This document shows positions 37,716 to 46,445 of a DNA stretch of 64,000 bases, piece by piece. The DNA is from Candidatus Bathyarchaeia archaeon. GTDB taxonomy: Archaea; Thermoproteota; Bathyarchaeia; Bathyarchaeales; Bathycorpusculaceae. The notes beneath the pieces were generated by a model, which did no database searches, was not told the DNA's origin, and worked only from the letters and a program-made list of their open reading frames with translations. The stretch spans positions 32,001-96,000 of the forward strand of contig JAVZLH010000001.1 of the NCBI GenBank assembly GCA_038883855.1, read 5' to 3'. Numbering within the stretch: the stretch's first letter is position 1; each line of letters begins with the position of its first letter. The translations under genes were made by a program, and so were the position numbers.

Positions 37716-39686
37716 TTAGTGAATGAGAGAGGAAGTTGCCAGAGAAGAAGCGTAAAGCAATGCCACTGTTCCGATGAGGTTTATGAAAATATTCAATGAA
37801 GGTCCTGCAGCGTCTTTCAAAGAGTCTCCTACGGTGTCGCCGATAATTGCTGCCGTATGTGCTGGCGTGCCCTTACCTCCCAAGTTGCCTGCTTCTATGA
37901 ATTTTTTGGCGTTATCCCAAGCCGCGCCGCTAATAGACATGAGTAGAGCGAGGGGAAGCATTGTTATGAGGTTTCCAACAATTAAGCCGCCCATGGCTTC
38001 TTTGCCGAGAGTTAAGCCAACAGTTAAGGGAATAGCCACTGACAAAAAGGCTGGGAGTAGCATGCCTCTCAAAGCGGCTCTTGTGCTTATATCTACGCAC
38101 CTAGCGTAATCGGGCTTGGTTTCACCGTTCGCGAGACCGAAGTTTTCACTGAACTGTCTGCGAACTTCTCTAATTAGAGTGTAGGCTGCATTCCCAACAG
38201 CCTTAATTATCATGGAACAAAAGACGAAAGACACCATTCCGCCTATGAGCATCCCCGTAATAACTGTCGGATTCATCGCATCAATGGTCTGAAGTTGGGC
38301 AGCGTTTATGTAAGCGGAAAAGAGGGCAACTTGAGCCAAAGCAGAGGTTCCTATTGCATAAACTTTACAAACAGCCTTCGTCACGTTGCCAACAGCATCC
38401 AATTTATCCATTACCTTCTGTTCTTGCGCGCCCGCACCAGTCATTTCCACCAAACCGCGAGCATTATCCACAATAGGACCATAGGAAGACATTGCGATAA
38501 AAGTAGCTATTATGGAGAGAAAACCAACCGCTACAAGAGTTATCCCATACAACCCCTCAAAATGGTAAGCAGCCATAACAGCCGCTGAAAAAACAATTAT
38601 TGGAGCGGCTGTGCTTTCCAAGCTTGTTGCGAAACCCATCAGTATGGTTGTGGCTGGTCCGGTTCCAGAAGCCATTGCAATCGCCTTTACGGGTTTTTTG
38701 TCTGGTGAAGTGTAATGTTCAGTTAACAAAGCAAATAATATGACAGCCAAAACTCCAGCAAACGTGGCGTAAAAAGCGTTGAAATCATGGAAAATATTCC
38801 ATGAGGCGAAAATTGCGGCGACTGAAACCAGGGCGGCTGAAGCATACATGCTCTTGTTAATCGCTTGTCGGGCGTCACCGTCGTTTGTTTTAATGAAGAA
38901 TGAGCCGAAGATGGATGCAATTATTCCAAATCCGAGAACCACTAAGGGATAGGTTAATCCGCTTCTTCCATACATCGAAAAGCCGAGAATCATGGCGGCG
39001 ACGAGTGTGCAGACATAGGATTGGAAGACGTCAGAGCCTGTGCCTGCTATGTCTCCTACATTGTCTCCTACTTGGTCAGCTATAACTGCTGGGTTTCTTG
39101 CGTCGTCTTCTGAAAGACCCATCTCTACTTTGCCGATTAAATCGGCGCTCATGTCAGCGGCTTTTGTGTATATTCCGCCGCCTACACGTGCAAACAAGCC
39201 TATTAGGCTGGCACCGAAACCAAGTCCTACGAGCATTATTGGGTCGCCGAGTAGCATGTAAAGGGCGCTGACGCTTAACAAACCCAAACCAGCTAAGGAC
39301 AAGCCTATGACTGTGCCGCTGCGGGACGCTATTGCCAGCGCATCTTTAAAGCCATTTTTCGCCGCGTTTGCCGTTCTTGCGTTGGCGCGGATGGCGATAT
39401 GGACGCCAATATATGCTGAGGCTGCGGAGAAAAGCGCGCCGACAACAAAGGTTAGAACTGCAAATGCGCCCGAGATAAACATGAGAAGCACTGCAAGTGA
39501 CGCCCCAAAAATTATGACGGTTTTAAATTGACGGTTCAAGTAGGCTGTGGCGCAAATTTTAATTAAATTAGAAATTTCAGCGATTTTAGTTGTGGCGGTT
39601 GGTTTATTAAGCACACGGTGGGCTAAGTAAACGGCGAAAAGTATTGCTGATAGCCCAGCAACTGGGGCAGCGAGTACAAAGTCCAA
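37716..39686 (-). CDS. hppA: membrane-bound pyrophosphatase, K+-independent signature, divergent gate residues
   Basis: GGGIYTKAAD..ADL.GKVE, EDD.RNPAVIAD.VGDNVGD, GNVTKA, AWDNAKK, GDTVGD..KD.AGPS. Confidence 0.93.
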   Translation of the reverse strand: MDFVLAAPVAGLSAILFAVYLAHRVLNKPTATTKIAEISNLIKICATAYLNRQFKTVIIFGASLAVLLMFISGAFAVLTFVVGALFSAASAYIGVHIAIRANARTANAAKNGFKDALAIASRSGTVIGLSLAGLGLLSVSALYMLLGDPIMLVGLGFGASLIGLFARVGGGIYTKAADMSADLIGKVEMGLSEDDARNPAVIADQVGDNVGDIAGTGSDVFQSYVCTLVAAMILGFSMYGRSGLTYPLVVLGFGIIASIFGSFFIKTNDGDARQAINKSMYASAALVSVAAIFASWNIFHDFNAFYATFAGVLAVILFALLTEHYTSPDKKPVKAIAMASGTGPATTILMGFATSLESTAAPIIVFSAAVMAAYHFEGLYGITLVAVGFLSIIATFIAMSSYGPIVDNARGLVEMTGAGAQEQKVMDKLDAVGNVTKAVCKVYAIGTSALAQVALFSAYINAAQLQTIDAMNPTVITGMLIGGMVSFVFCSMIIKAVGNAAYTLIREVRRQFSENFGLANGETKPDYARCVDISTRAALRGMLLPAFLSVAIPLTVGLTLGKEAMGGLIVGNLITMLPLALLMSISGAAWDNAKKFIEAGNLGGKGTPAHTAAIIGDTVGDSLKDAAGPSLNIFINLIGTVALLYASSLATSSLIH

Positions 39687-39701
39687 ACTAGATCTTTCTC
39701 C

Positions 39702-39775
39702 GCAATTATTTTTTGGTTAATTGTGCTTGCCCACCTTAACCAATTGCAACACAAAACATTTAGCTTCGGTTTAAA
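39702..39775 (-). promoter_or_regulatory. putative hppA promoter (TTTAAA 39775-39770) and hairpin-forming 5' leader
   Basis: Inverted repeat TTGGTTAA (39713-20) / TTAACCAA (39736-43), extended by GCAA/TTGC, between a TATA-like box and the GGAGA SD. Confidence 0.45.
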
Positions 39776-39837
39776 CTTTGCGATAAAAGGAGACGCTGGC
39801 AAACAATTGGGATAAAGGAGAAGAGAGTGTAAAAATT

Positions 39838-39990
39838 TTATCGTCCCTTTCTTTCCCAAAGTTCCTTCTTAAGCAAGTCTCGAACCGCCGACCTTATGGC
39901 GGAACTTCTGCTTGGATACATGTTTGCTCTAACAAGCTCGTCTAATCCTTCAAGATACGCTTCGGGTAATAAGACTGTTACGAGTTTCAT
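39838..39990 (-). CDS. ribbon-helix-helix (CopG/CdrS-like) transcriptional regulator (not in ORF track)
   Basis: Manual translation MKLVTVLLPEAYLEGLDELVRANMYPSRSSAIRSAVRDLLKKELWERKGR (50 aa); AGGTGA SD upstream. Confidence 0.9.
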   Translation of the reverse strand: MKLVTVLLPEAYLEGLDELVRANMYPSRSSAIRSAVRDLLKKELWERKGR

Positions 39991-40051
39991 GGCGCTTCAC
40001 CTGGTATAATATGCTTATAACATGTGCTAATATAAGATTTGAGGGCGAGTT

Positions 40052-40384
40052 TTAAACATGTTCTTTCATAGCCCAAATCTCTTTCATGGTATTGTGGAAT
40101 GTTTTGTAAGCATCGTCAATGTAGATTGTGCGGCGTTTGATTCCTTGCTGCACAGTTCCTGCCGCGATTAGCAACGTGCCAACCAAGTCGCTGATTATTG
40201 GTTCTGGGAAAACAACAAATGCCACGCCAAGCTTTATCAAAAGTGAATTGTTTCCGCCACGCCACAGTTTTTTCGTCATCCGCGTTTCTTGTACAGTTTC
40301 TCTCATGGAGTTCATGAAATCCTTGTAGCTTTCGTTTAACTCGTTAACCACGCTTACCATTGTTTTCAATTCTTCGTTCTTCAT
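40052..40384 (-). CDS. hypothetical protein with one hydrophobic hairpin
   Basis: 110-aa ORF with GGTGAGG SD upstream; FPEPIISDLVG segment. Confidence 0.65.
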   Translation of the reverse strand: MKNEELKTMVSVVNELNESYKDFMNSMRETVQETRMTKKLWRGGNNSLLIKLGVAFVVFPEPIISDLVGTLLIAAGTVQQGIKRRTIYIDDAYKTFHNTMKEIWAMKEHV

Positions 40385-40657
40385 ATAAGCCCCTCACCCT
40401 CACCCTAATCCTCTAGATGTTTTCATAAATGAACCGTCAAAGAAAAAAGCTTTAATCCCATAAAACTTTGAGAATTTCTCCCCTTCTTTTGAAAGGTTGC
40501 TCACAATTTTAAATAACCATTTGAATTTTGTTAATGGCAGCTTTTACCGCTTTATGTTGGTTGTGGAAAATGTTATCAAGCAGTTAAGTGGTTCTTCCAT
40601 TAAATTATTATCTTGAAACTCAAATAATCCTTAACTTAGTTTAAGGAAGGTGGTTTC

Positions 40658-41101
40658 ATGTCGGATGAATGTTACGCCTTCATTCTATTGTCCGATGAGA
40701 AATGGTGGAAAAGGCTATGTGAAAGCAATAGGGATAACGGTGAAACACGGATTTTTGTGCGCAGAAACCGTGTGGGTCCAGTTTCTGCAGAAAAACTTCT
40801 GTTTTATGTTAAGCGCCCGTTAATGCAGATTCGCGGAGTTGCGGATTTTGTTGAACGATTGTCTGGAAACTACGAAGAGCTTTGGAGTCTACACGGCAAA
40901 GAAACATGCCTAAGGGACTTTAAGGAGTACGTTAATTTCCTCGGGGGCAGGGAGAACGTAACTTTTATTAGGTTTAAGAATCTCCGCGAGTTTGAAACAC
41001 CTATTTCAATGGATGTTATCAGAAAGGTTCTTGGTGTTCAGAAGATTCCGCGCAACGGCAAATACATAAATCGTGAAACAGCAAATCAACTAATAACCTA
41101 A
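40658..41101 (+). CDS. PUA-like (ASCH/EVE/DUF365-like) domain protein
   Basis: KLLFYV...QIRGVADF...EELW..HG pattern typical of DUF365/ASCH. Confidence 0.6.
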   Translation: MSDECYAFILLSDEKWWKRLCESNRDNGETRIFVRRNRVGPVSAEKLLFYVKRPLMQIRGVADFVERLSGNYEELWSLHGKETCLRDFKEYVNFLGGRENVTFIRFKNLREFETPISMDVIRKVLGVQKIPRNGKYINRETANQLIT

Positions 41102-41105
41102 AAAG

Positions 41106-42317
41106 GTGGTTACGTTGGAGACGTTTGACCCAAAAAGCTTTGTTGAAGCAGAAATTGGAAACATAAGAAAAAGCATAGGCAACGAAAGGGCTTTAGTGGC
41201 TGTTTCCGGCGGAGTTGACAGCACAACATGCGCCGTTTTAACACACAAAGCCATAGGTGAAAACCTCGTTTGCGTGATACTTGACGACGCCTTCATGCGG
41301 GAAAATGAGCCTGAGCATGTGGCCAAAACTTTGTCTAAGCCGCCCCTAAACGTTCCAACAAAAGTGGTCAACGTGAGGAACCGCTTTCTGCAAGCGATGA
41401 AAGGCTTAAAAGACGCGGAGGAAAAGCGTAAAATGTTCCGTGAAACCTTCTATCAAGTCCTCGGCGAAACGGTCAAAAAAGAAGACTGCACCATTCTTGT
41501 TCAAGGAACAATACGCGCGGACATCGTTGAAACAGTAGGTGGTGTGAAAACACAGCATAATGTTCTTGAGCAGATGGGCATAAACCCCATGGAACGCTAC
41601 GGCTTCAAAGTTGTTGAACCCCTTAAAACATTGTATAAGGAACAAGTAAGAATGGTTGCGCGGTATCTCGGACTGCCGCCAGAGTGTTCTGAACGCCAAC
41701 CTTTTCCTGGACCAGGCTTGTCTGTTCGTGTGGTGGGCGAGATTTTTCTTGATAAACTGGAAACTCTGAGGAAAGCTACAGCTATCGTTGAACGTGGACT
41801 GGAGCGGCATAAGCCAAGTCAATATTTTGCTGTAATACTTGACAATGAAGAAGTTTCCGGGCAGTCTCTAAAAGCGCATATTCAAGAGATAACAGCGCGT
41901 TTTCTTAATGTTCCGTCACGGAATGTAAGCTTGAAAATTTTCCGTGATAAGGCAACTGGGGTGGAGGGTGGCAAAAGACGTTATGGCTACGTTGTTGGCG
42001 TTAAAGTGCAGACTGCGAACAAGAAAACTCATCAAGCATCCGTGCAGCACCTCGTTTCTCTTCAAAGAAAAATAATCACTGAAAACCCAGCAGTTACGCG
42101 AATTTTCTATGCCATTAAAGATGTGGATGAAAAGAAACAATACGTGATAGGCGTAAGAGCTGTTGAAACAAAAGATTTCTTGACAGCAAAGGTTTCTGAA
42201 ATACCTTGGGCAACGTTAAGCAATGTTGCAGATGCAATAATCACGGAATGCTCAAATATTGCAGCAGTGTACTATGATGTCACACCGAAACCGCCAGCAA
42301 CAATTGAAATGGAATAA
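41106..42317 (+). CDS. guaAB: GMP synthase ATP-pyrophosphatase subunit B
   Basis: SGGVDS PP-loop, QGTI, KTQHNV, RQPFPGPGL, KPPATIE. Confidence 0.92.
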   Translation: MVTLETFDPKSFVEAEIGNIRKSIGNERALVAVSGGVDSTTCAVLTHKAIGENLVCVILDDAFMRENEPEHVAKTLSKPPLNVPTKVVNVRNRFLQAMKGLKDAEEKRKMFRETFYQVLGETVKKEDCTILVQGTIRADIVETVGGVKTQHNVLEQMGINPMERYGFKVVEPLKTLYKEQVRMVARYLGLPPECSERQPFPGPGLSVRVVGEIFLDKLETLRKATAIVERGLERHKPSQYFAVILDNEEVSGQSLKAHIQEITARFLNVPSRNVSLKIFRDKATGVEGGKRRYGYVVGVKVQTANKKTHQASVQHLVSLQRKIITENPAVTRIFYAIKDVDEKKQYVIGVRAVETKDFLTAKVSEIPWATLSNVADAIITECSNIAAVYYDVTPKPPATIEME

Positions 42318-42374
42318 ACCTTGGAATACAAAAAGGTAAATAACACAATAAACATATCTTTCTCGTGATTAACC

Positions 42375-42701
42375 ATGTTTCGTGTCCGAGTGAACAAAAT
42401 TGAATCTATTCGAGACTTAGATGGTAACCTCGGGAAGCGCATAGAACTTGTTGAAGAACGGGAAGTTCCCCACTTCATTGTGAGACCCCAAACAGAAGAA
42501 GCGAAGGTGGTGCAAGATGTTTTGCAAGCTCTGCAACAGCAACTGCCAATTTTTCCACCAAGAACTCAGTTTGCAATTCCAAAGATAATTTTGTTTTTAA
42601 CGGAGCAAGAATATGAGAATTTAGGAATAGACTTTGACGTGAACCAAGTTTACGAGATAAAACTGGAAAACCAAGCTATCAAGTTTAGGAAAGCGGCATA
42701 A
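42375..42701 (+). CDS. arcadin-1-like protein
   Basis: RIELVEERE.P...PKIILFLTEQEYE...YEIKLEN resembles Pyrobaculum arcadin-1 as I recall it. Confidence 0.65.
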   Translation: MFRVRVNKIESIRDLDGNLGKRIELVEEREVPHFIVRPQTEEAKVVQDVLQALQQQLPIFPPRTQFAIPKIILFLTEQEYENLGIDFDVNQVYEIKLENQAIKFRKAA

Positions 42702-43023
42702 TTCCTTTCCACATCTGCCTTCTTAGGGCTAAATGCTTCGGGTGAAAAGAAAGTACGAACAGCATGTTCCTTAACACTCCATAAATCTCCTCCACCGCAG
42801 ATTTTTCGCCCCTATCACAGTATAGCGGAACTAGGTCATTGCTGTCATTACTGTAATAGACGTATATTAGCGGAGTTTTTTCCCTGAAAGGCACAACTTC
42901 CACATCTAAATTTAAAGATTCAGCCGCCCTCCTAGCCGCCGCCTTCACAGAATCTACTCGTTTTCCCTGCAACTCCAAATGTGAAGCGTAGACCAACAAT
43001 TTTCCACAACTTTTCTTCAACAT
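42685..43023 (-). CDS. hypothetical protein
   Basis: 112-aa ORF, plausible composition, fills the gap. Confidence 0.6.
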   Translation of the reverse strand: MLKKSCGKLLVYASHLELQGKRVDSVKAAARRAAESLNLDVEVVPFREKTPLIYVYYSNDSNDLVPLYCDRGEKSAVEEIYGVLRNMLFVLSFHPKHLALRRQMWKGIMPLS

Positions 43024-43168
43024 GCAACTCGCCGAACTTGCATTTAGAACAGCCGCTTTTTAAAATAAACGATGAAACAACATTTTTATTCCAGGGAGAG
43101 AGACAAGTTAAAGTTAAAATTCACGAAAATTTTAGATTTTGCTATTAGGTTGCTGCGAAGGTGAAAGC

Positions 43169-43453
43169 ATGAACGTTAGGGCTCATGTGTGGGTAAGCGG
43201 CAGAGTTCAAGGGGTCTTTTTTAGGTCAGAAACTCAAGAAGAAGCCAGAAAACGCGGTGTAAAAGGGTGGGTGCGCAACCTCCCAGATGGGAGAGTTGAA
43301 GCCGTTTTCGAGGGTGAAGAAAACGCTGTTAATGAACTTATAGAATTTTGTAAGCGTGGGCCTCCCGGAGCGGTAGTCACGGGTGTAAAAGTTGTTATGG
43401 AGAATTTTACTGGAGAGTTTAAAGATTTTGTAATAAAGTATGAGTATCGTTAA
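43169..43453 (+). CDS. acyP: acylphosphatase
   Basis: [26 protein letters not shown]. Confidence 0.96.
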   Translation: MNVRAHVWVSGRVQGVFFRSETQEEARKRGVKGWVRNLPDGRVEAVFEGEENAVNELIEFCKRGPPGAVVTGVKVVMENFTGEFKDFVIKYEYR

Positions 43454-43851
43454 CTTCTTTTTTTGGGGACTCTGAAATGGGATTCTTTTCCAGCACTTAT
43501 GTATTCTCCGCCTATCCCGCGCACGGTTGAAGCTATTTTAGCAAAGTTTTCGGATCCTAAAAATTGCCGTGGCTTTATTATTACGTAGTCATCTTTCTCC
43601 TCAAAAGTTAGTAAATTTTCCAGATCTTCGGGGAACATCATTTTTATGTCTTCTATTGACTTTTTTCTTTCATAAACTTCTGGTGTAACTGGTGTTGGCG
43701 CTTTGGGCATTGGTTGGGTGATTTGCGAAACCGCTAAAGACTTAAGCGAAGTGGCTACGGTTCTTAAATCTTCTGCAACTCCGTTTAAAACAATTAGGAG
43801 TTCGTCGATTTTTTCCACAAGCTTTTCAATTCTTTCTTTTTCTAAGCTCAT
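43450..43851 (-). CDS. hypothetical protein (N-terminal coiled coil, C-terminal alpha/beta domain)
   Basis: 133-aa ORF; no family recognised. Confidence 0.7.
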   Translation of the reverse strand: MSLEKERIEKLVEKIDELLIVLNGVAEDLRTVATSLKSLAVSQITQPMPKAPTPVTPEVYERKKSIEDIKMMFPEDLENLLTFEEKDDYVIIKPRQFLGSENFAKIASTVRGIGGEYISAGKESHFRVPKKRS

Positions 43852-43958
43852 ACGCCCTTATCCCTTCAAACCTTAATATTTAACGCATTTATTAATTGTT
43901 TGTGTTTCTAAATCAACCCTTGAAAACTTTCAATCTGTTGCGGTGGAGCGTGCGTCTG

Positions 43959-44999
43959 TTGATAGAAGTTGATGGAAGCCAAAAAAGCGGGAGCGGCACA
44001 ATCCTTCGCCTTTCAATAGCCTTAGCGGCGATATTAAACCAACCATTACACATCCGTAATATTAGACAGAACAGACCGCAACCAGGTCTCAGACCTCAAC
44101 ATTTGGAAGCGGTTTTAACAGCGACAAAGCTTTGCAATGCGGATTTAGATGGCGCGAAACTTGACTCCCGCGAGCTTTGGTTCAAGCCAAAAGAGGTTAA
44201 GGGAGGATTTTTTGAAGCCGAAATAGGCACGGCTGGGAGCATTTCCATGCTTTTAATGACCATTTTACCCATATGTTTGTTTGCAAAGGAAACTGTTCAG
44301 TTGCATGTTTTTAAGGGCGGAACAGACGTTTCTAACGCTCCAACCATCAATTACATGCGAAATGTTTTTCTCCCAATGTTGAAACGCATGGGCGTAAACG
44401 CCTCCATAACGGTTCATAAATATGGTTATTATCCAAAGGGCATGGGCGAAGTTACCTTAACGGTTGAGCCCTGCAAAGAGCTGCAGCCTATACGCTTGGA
44501 AAGTTTAGGCGAGATAACCGCCATAAAAGGAGTTTCAGTCTGCACATTTTTGGCTGAAAGAAGAGTTGCCGAACGCCAAGCGAAAGCAGCGAAAGAATAT
44601 TTGAGAAAGTTTGGATACGAAGCAGACGTCCAAATAGTAAACGATGCGTCGAATCCCCTTCAAAAGGGCAGCTCTCTCGTTTTGTGGGCGGAGACAAGCA
44701 CTGGAGCACTCATTGGAGCGGATGCTATCGGCGAATTAAAGAAGACCAGTGAGGCTGTGGGGGTGGAGGCAGCTGAAAAACTATATGAGGAACTTAATGT
44801 TAAGGCAACTGTCGACGTTCATATGGCGGACATGCTTATCCCTTACGTGGCTTTAGCAAAAGGCAATTCCGTATATCTTGTGCGCGAGGTTTCTGACCAT
44901 TTGGAAACGAATATTTGGCTTGCTGAAAAACTGTTGGGTGTAAAGTTTAATATTAAAAGAATCGACGGCGGGCTTTACAGAGTGGAAAAGACTGGTTAA
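43959..44999 (+). CDS. rtcA: RNA 3'-terminal phosphate cyclase
   Basis: DGS..SG..LR, RPQPGLRPQH, GGTDV, GYYPKG.G, catalytic DVHMADMLI. Confidence 0.95.
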   Translation: MIEVDGSQKSGSGTILRLSIALAAILNQPLHIRNIRQNRPQPGLRPQHLEAVLTATKLCNADLDGAKLDSRELWFKPKEVKGGFFEAEIGTAGSISMLLMTILPICLFAKETVQLHVFKGGTDVSNAPTINYMRNVFLPMLKRMGVNASITVHKYGYYPKGMGEVTLTVEPCKELQPIRLESLGEITAIKGVSVCTFLAERRVAERQAKAAKEYLRKFGYEADVQIVNDASNPLQKGSSLVLWAETSTGALIGADAIGELKKTSEAVGVEAAEKLYEELNVKATVDVHMADMLIPYVALAKGNSVYLVREVSDHLETNIWLAEKLLGVKFNIKRIDGGLYRVEKTG

Positions 45000-45005
45000 A
45001 GTTAG

Positions 45006-46430
45006 GTGTCCAAATTGTTTAAGGCGAGGGTTAGAGGAATCTATTCAACAGCCCTTACAAAACTGCTTTTAGACAACGGCTTTGAAATAATTCAACCGTC
45101 CGCCACCATAAGGAAACGCTTCAATCTTGAAGAAAACAAGTCGCCGCCAGACCTTAAAATAAAGGATAGATACGATTTGCAAGGCATAAGGGTTCTGGGC
45201 TCGCCAGAAGCTGTAAACGTTTTCCAAGCTCTTTTGCACGATTTCTTAACTGACGTTTTGACTAGAAAATGGAGTGTTCATGTAGATGGGATTTATAAGG
45301 GAAACATTGTGGGCGTGGAGGATGATGCGTTCTATGTTGAACTGGGTAATGGCGTGGTCGGCGTGCTTCCGAAATGCGAATTTACAGAGGGAAATTCCAA
45401 GCAAATCATAGTTCAAGTTGAAAGAAAAAGAATGGGAAGCATGAGTCCAGTTTTAACAACAAAATTGAAGATTGTTGGAAAATACGCCATATTAGTGAAA
45501 AACAGTAAAGTTGGAGTTAGCTTTAAAATCCGCGACTTGAACAAGCGGGCTGAACTTTACGCTTTAGGGAAAAAACTTGCATCAAAAGAATGGGGAATCA
45601 TTTGGCGGGAACCATCAGCAAACCAAACGCAAGAAGTTTTAGAAAACGAAATAGCAACTTTGAAGGCAAAAACCGAAATCCTCAGCGAAAAAGCCCAGAA
45701 GACCGGAGCTCCCTCATTATTAATTGATGGGTTATGCTTTATGAACGTGGAGTTTCCAGCAACTTCAAAAAGCCAACTGGACAAACTAAGGGCATCTTTA
45801 GTTCCCACCCTAAACGGTCATCACTTCTACAAAAGCTGCGGCGGCAAAATTTCAGCCGCCCTAGAAATGGCTGAAAAACTCCTCGAGAAAGGCCAAGACA
45901 TAACAGAAGTTGAAGAACTTTTCAAAAAGCAGGTTGCAGCTGAATTTCCCGAAATCGGCTCAGTCGTAGATGTTATACATGTGAAACCTAGCGGCAAGGT
46001 TCTTTATCTGGGTCAAGCGACAATGGAAAGCCTAGACAACGGGCATATCAAGTATAGCCGAACAATACGCACTAGCGGGCTTTATGACGGTTTGGGTGTT
46101 GCGAAAGAAGCTGGAGATAAAGCGATAAGCGAAACAAAAATTGGAGAATGGTGGATAACCACAAGGTACTTCTCTAAAGGTGGAGAGTTGAAGGGAACCT
46201 ACATTAACCTAAACACGCCGGTTGAAGTTTACCCCAAAGCAATACGTTATGTGGATTTAGAAGTGGATGTATGTGTCTCTCCAGACGGCGCAGTTAAAGT
46301 TTTGGACATGGATAAGCTTGAGAAAGCCTTGGAAAAGGGCATAATAAGCCAAAAAATTTTCAAAACTATCAAAGAAAAGGTGGAGAAAATTTTAGAGAAG
46401 CAAAGAAACGCAGAAGCGGTATTAAATTAA
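45006..46430 (+). CDS. fau-1: FAU-1 family AU-rich RNA-binding ribonuclease (DUF402)
   Basis: RVRGIYSTALT, GHHFYK, YDGL, YINLNTPVE, YVDLEVDV. Confidence 0.9.
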   Translation: MSKLFKARVRGIYSTALTKLLLDNGFEIIQPSATIRKRFNLEENKSPPDLKIKDRYDLQGIRVLGSPEAVNVFQALLHDFLTDVLTRKWSVHVDGIYKGNIVGVEDDAFYVELGNGVVGVLPKCEFTEGNSKQIIVQVERKRMGSMSPVLTTKLKIVGKYAILVKNSKVGVSFKIRDLNKRAELYALGKKLASKEWGIIWREPSANQTQEVLENEIATLKAKTEILSEKAQKTGAPSLLIDGLCFMNVEFPATSKSQLDKLRASLVPTLNGHHFYKSCGGKISAALEMAEKLLEKGQDITEVEELFKKQVAAEFPEIGSVVDVIHVKPSGKVLYLGQATMESLDNGHIKYSRTIRTSGLYDGLGVAKEAGDKAISETKIGEWWITTRYFSKGGELKGTYINLNTPVEVYPKAIRYVDLEVDVCVSPDGAVKVLDMDKLEKALEKGIISQKIFKTIKEKVEKILEKQRNAEAVLN

Positions 46431-46445
46431 AACCGAAGTGTTCCT

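Noticed and set aside
43959-46430. rtcA and FAU-1 as dedicated partners of the pcm intron
   Set aside because: They lie 7-9 kb away in a common archaeal RNA-processing cluster; EndA already leaves 2',3'-cyclic phosphates, so no link is supported
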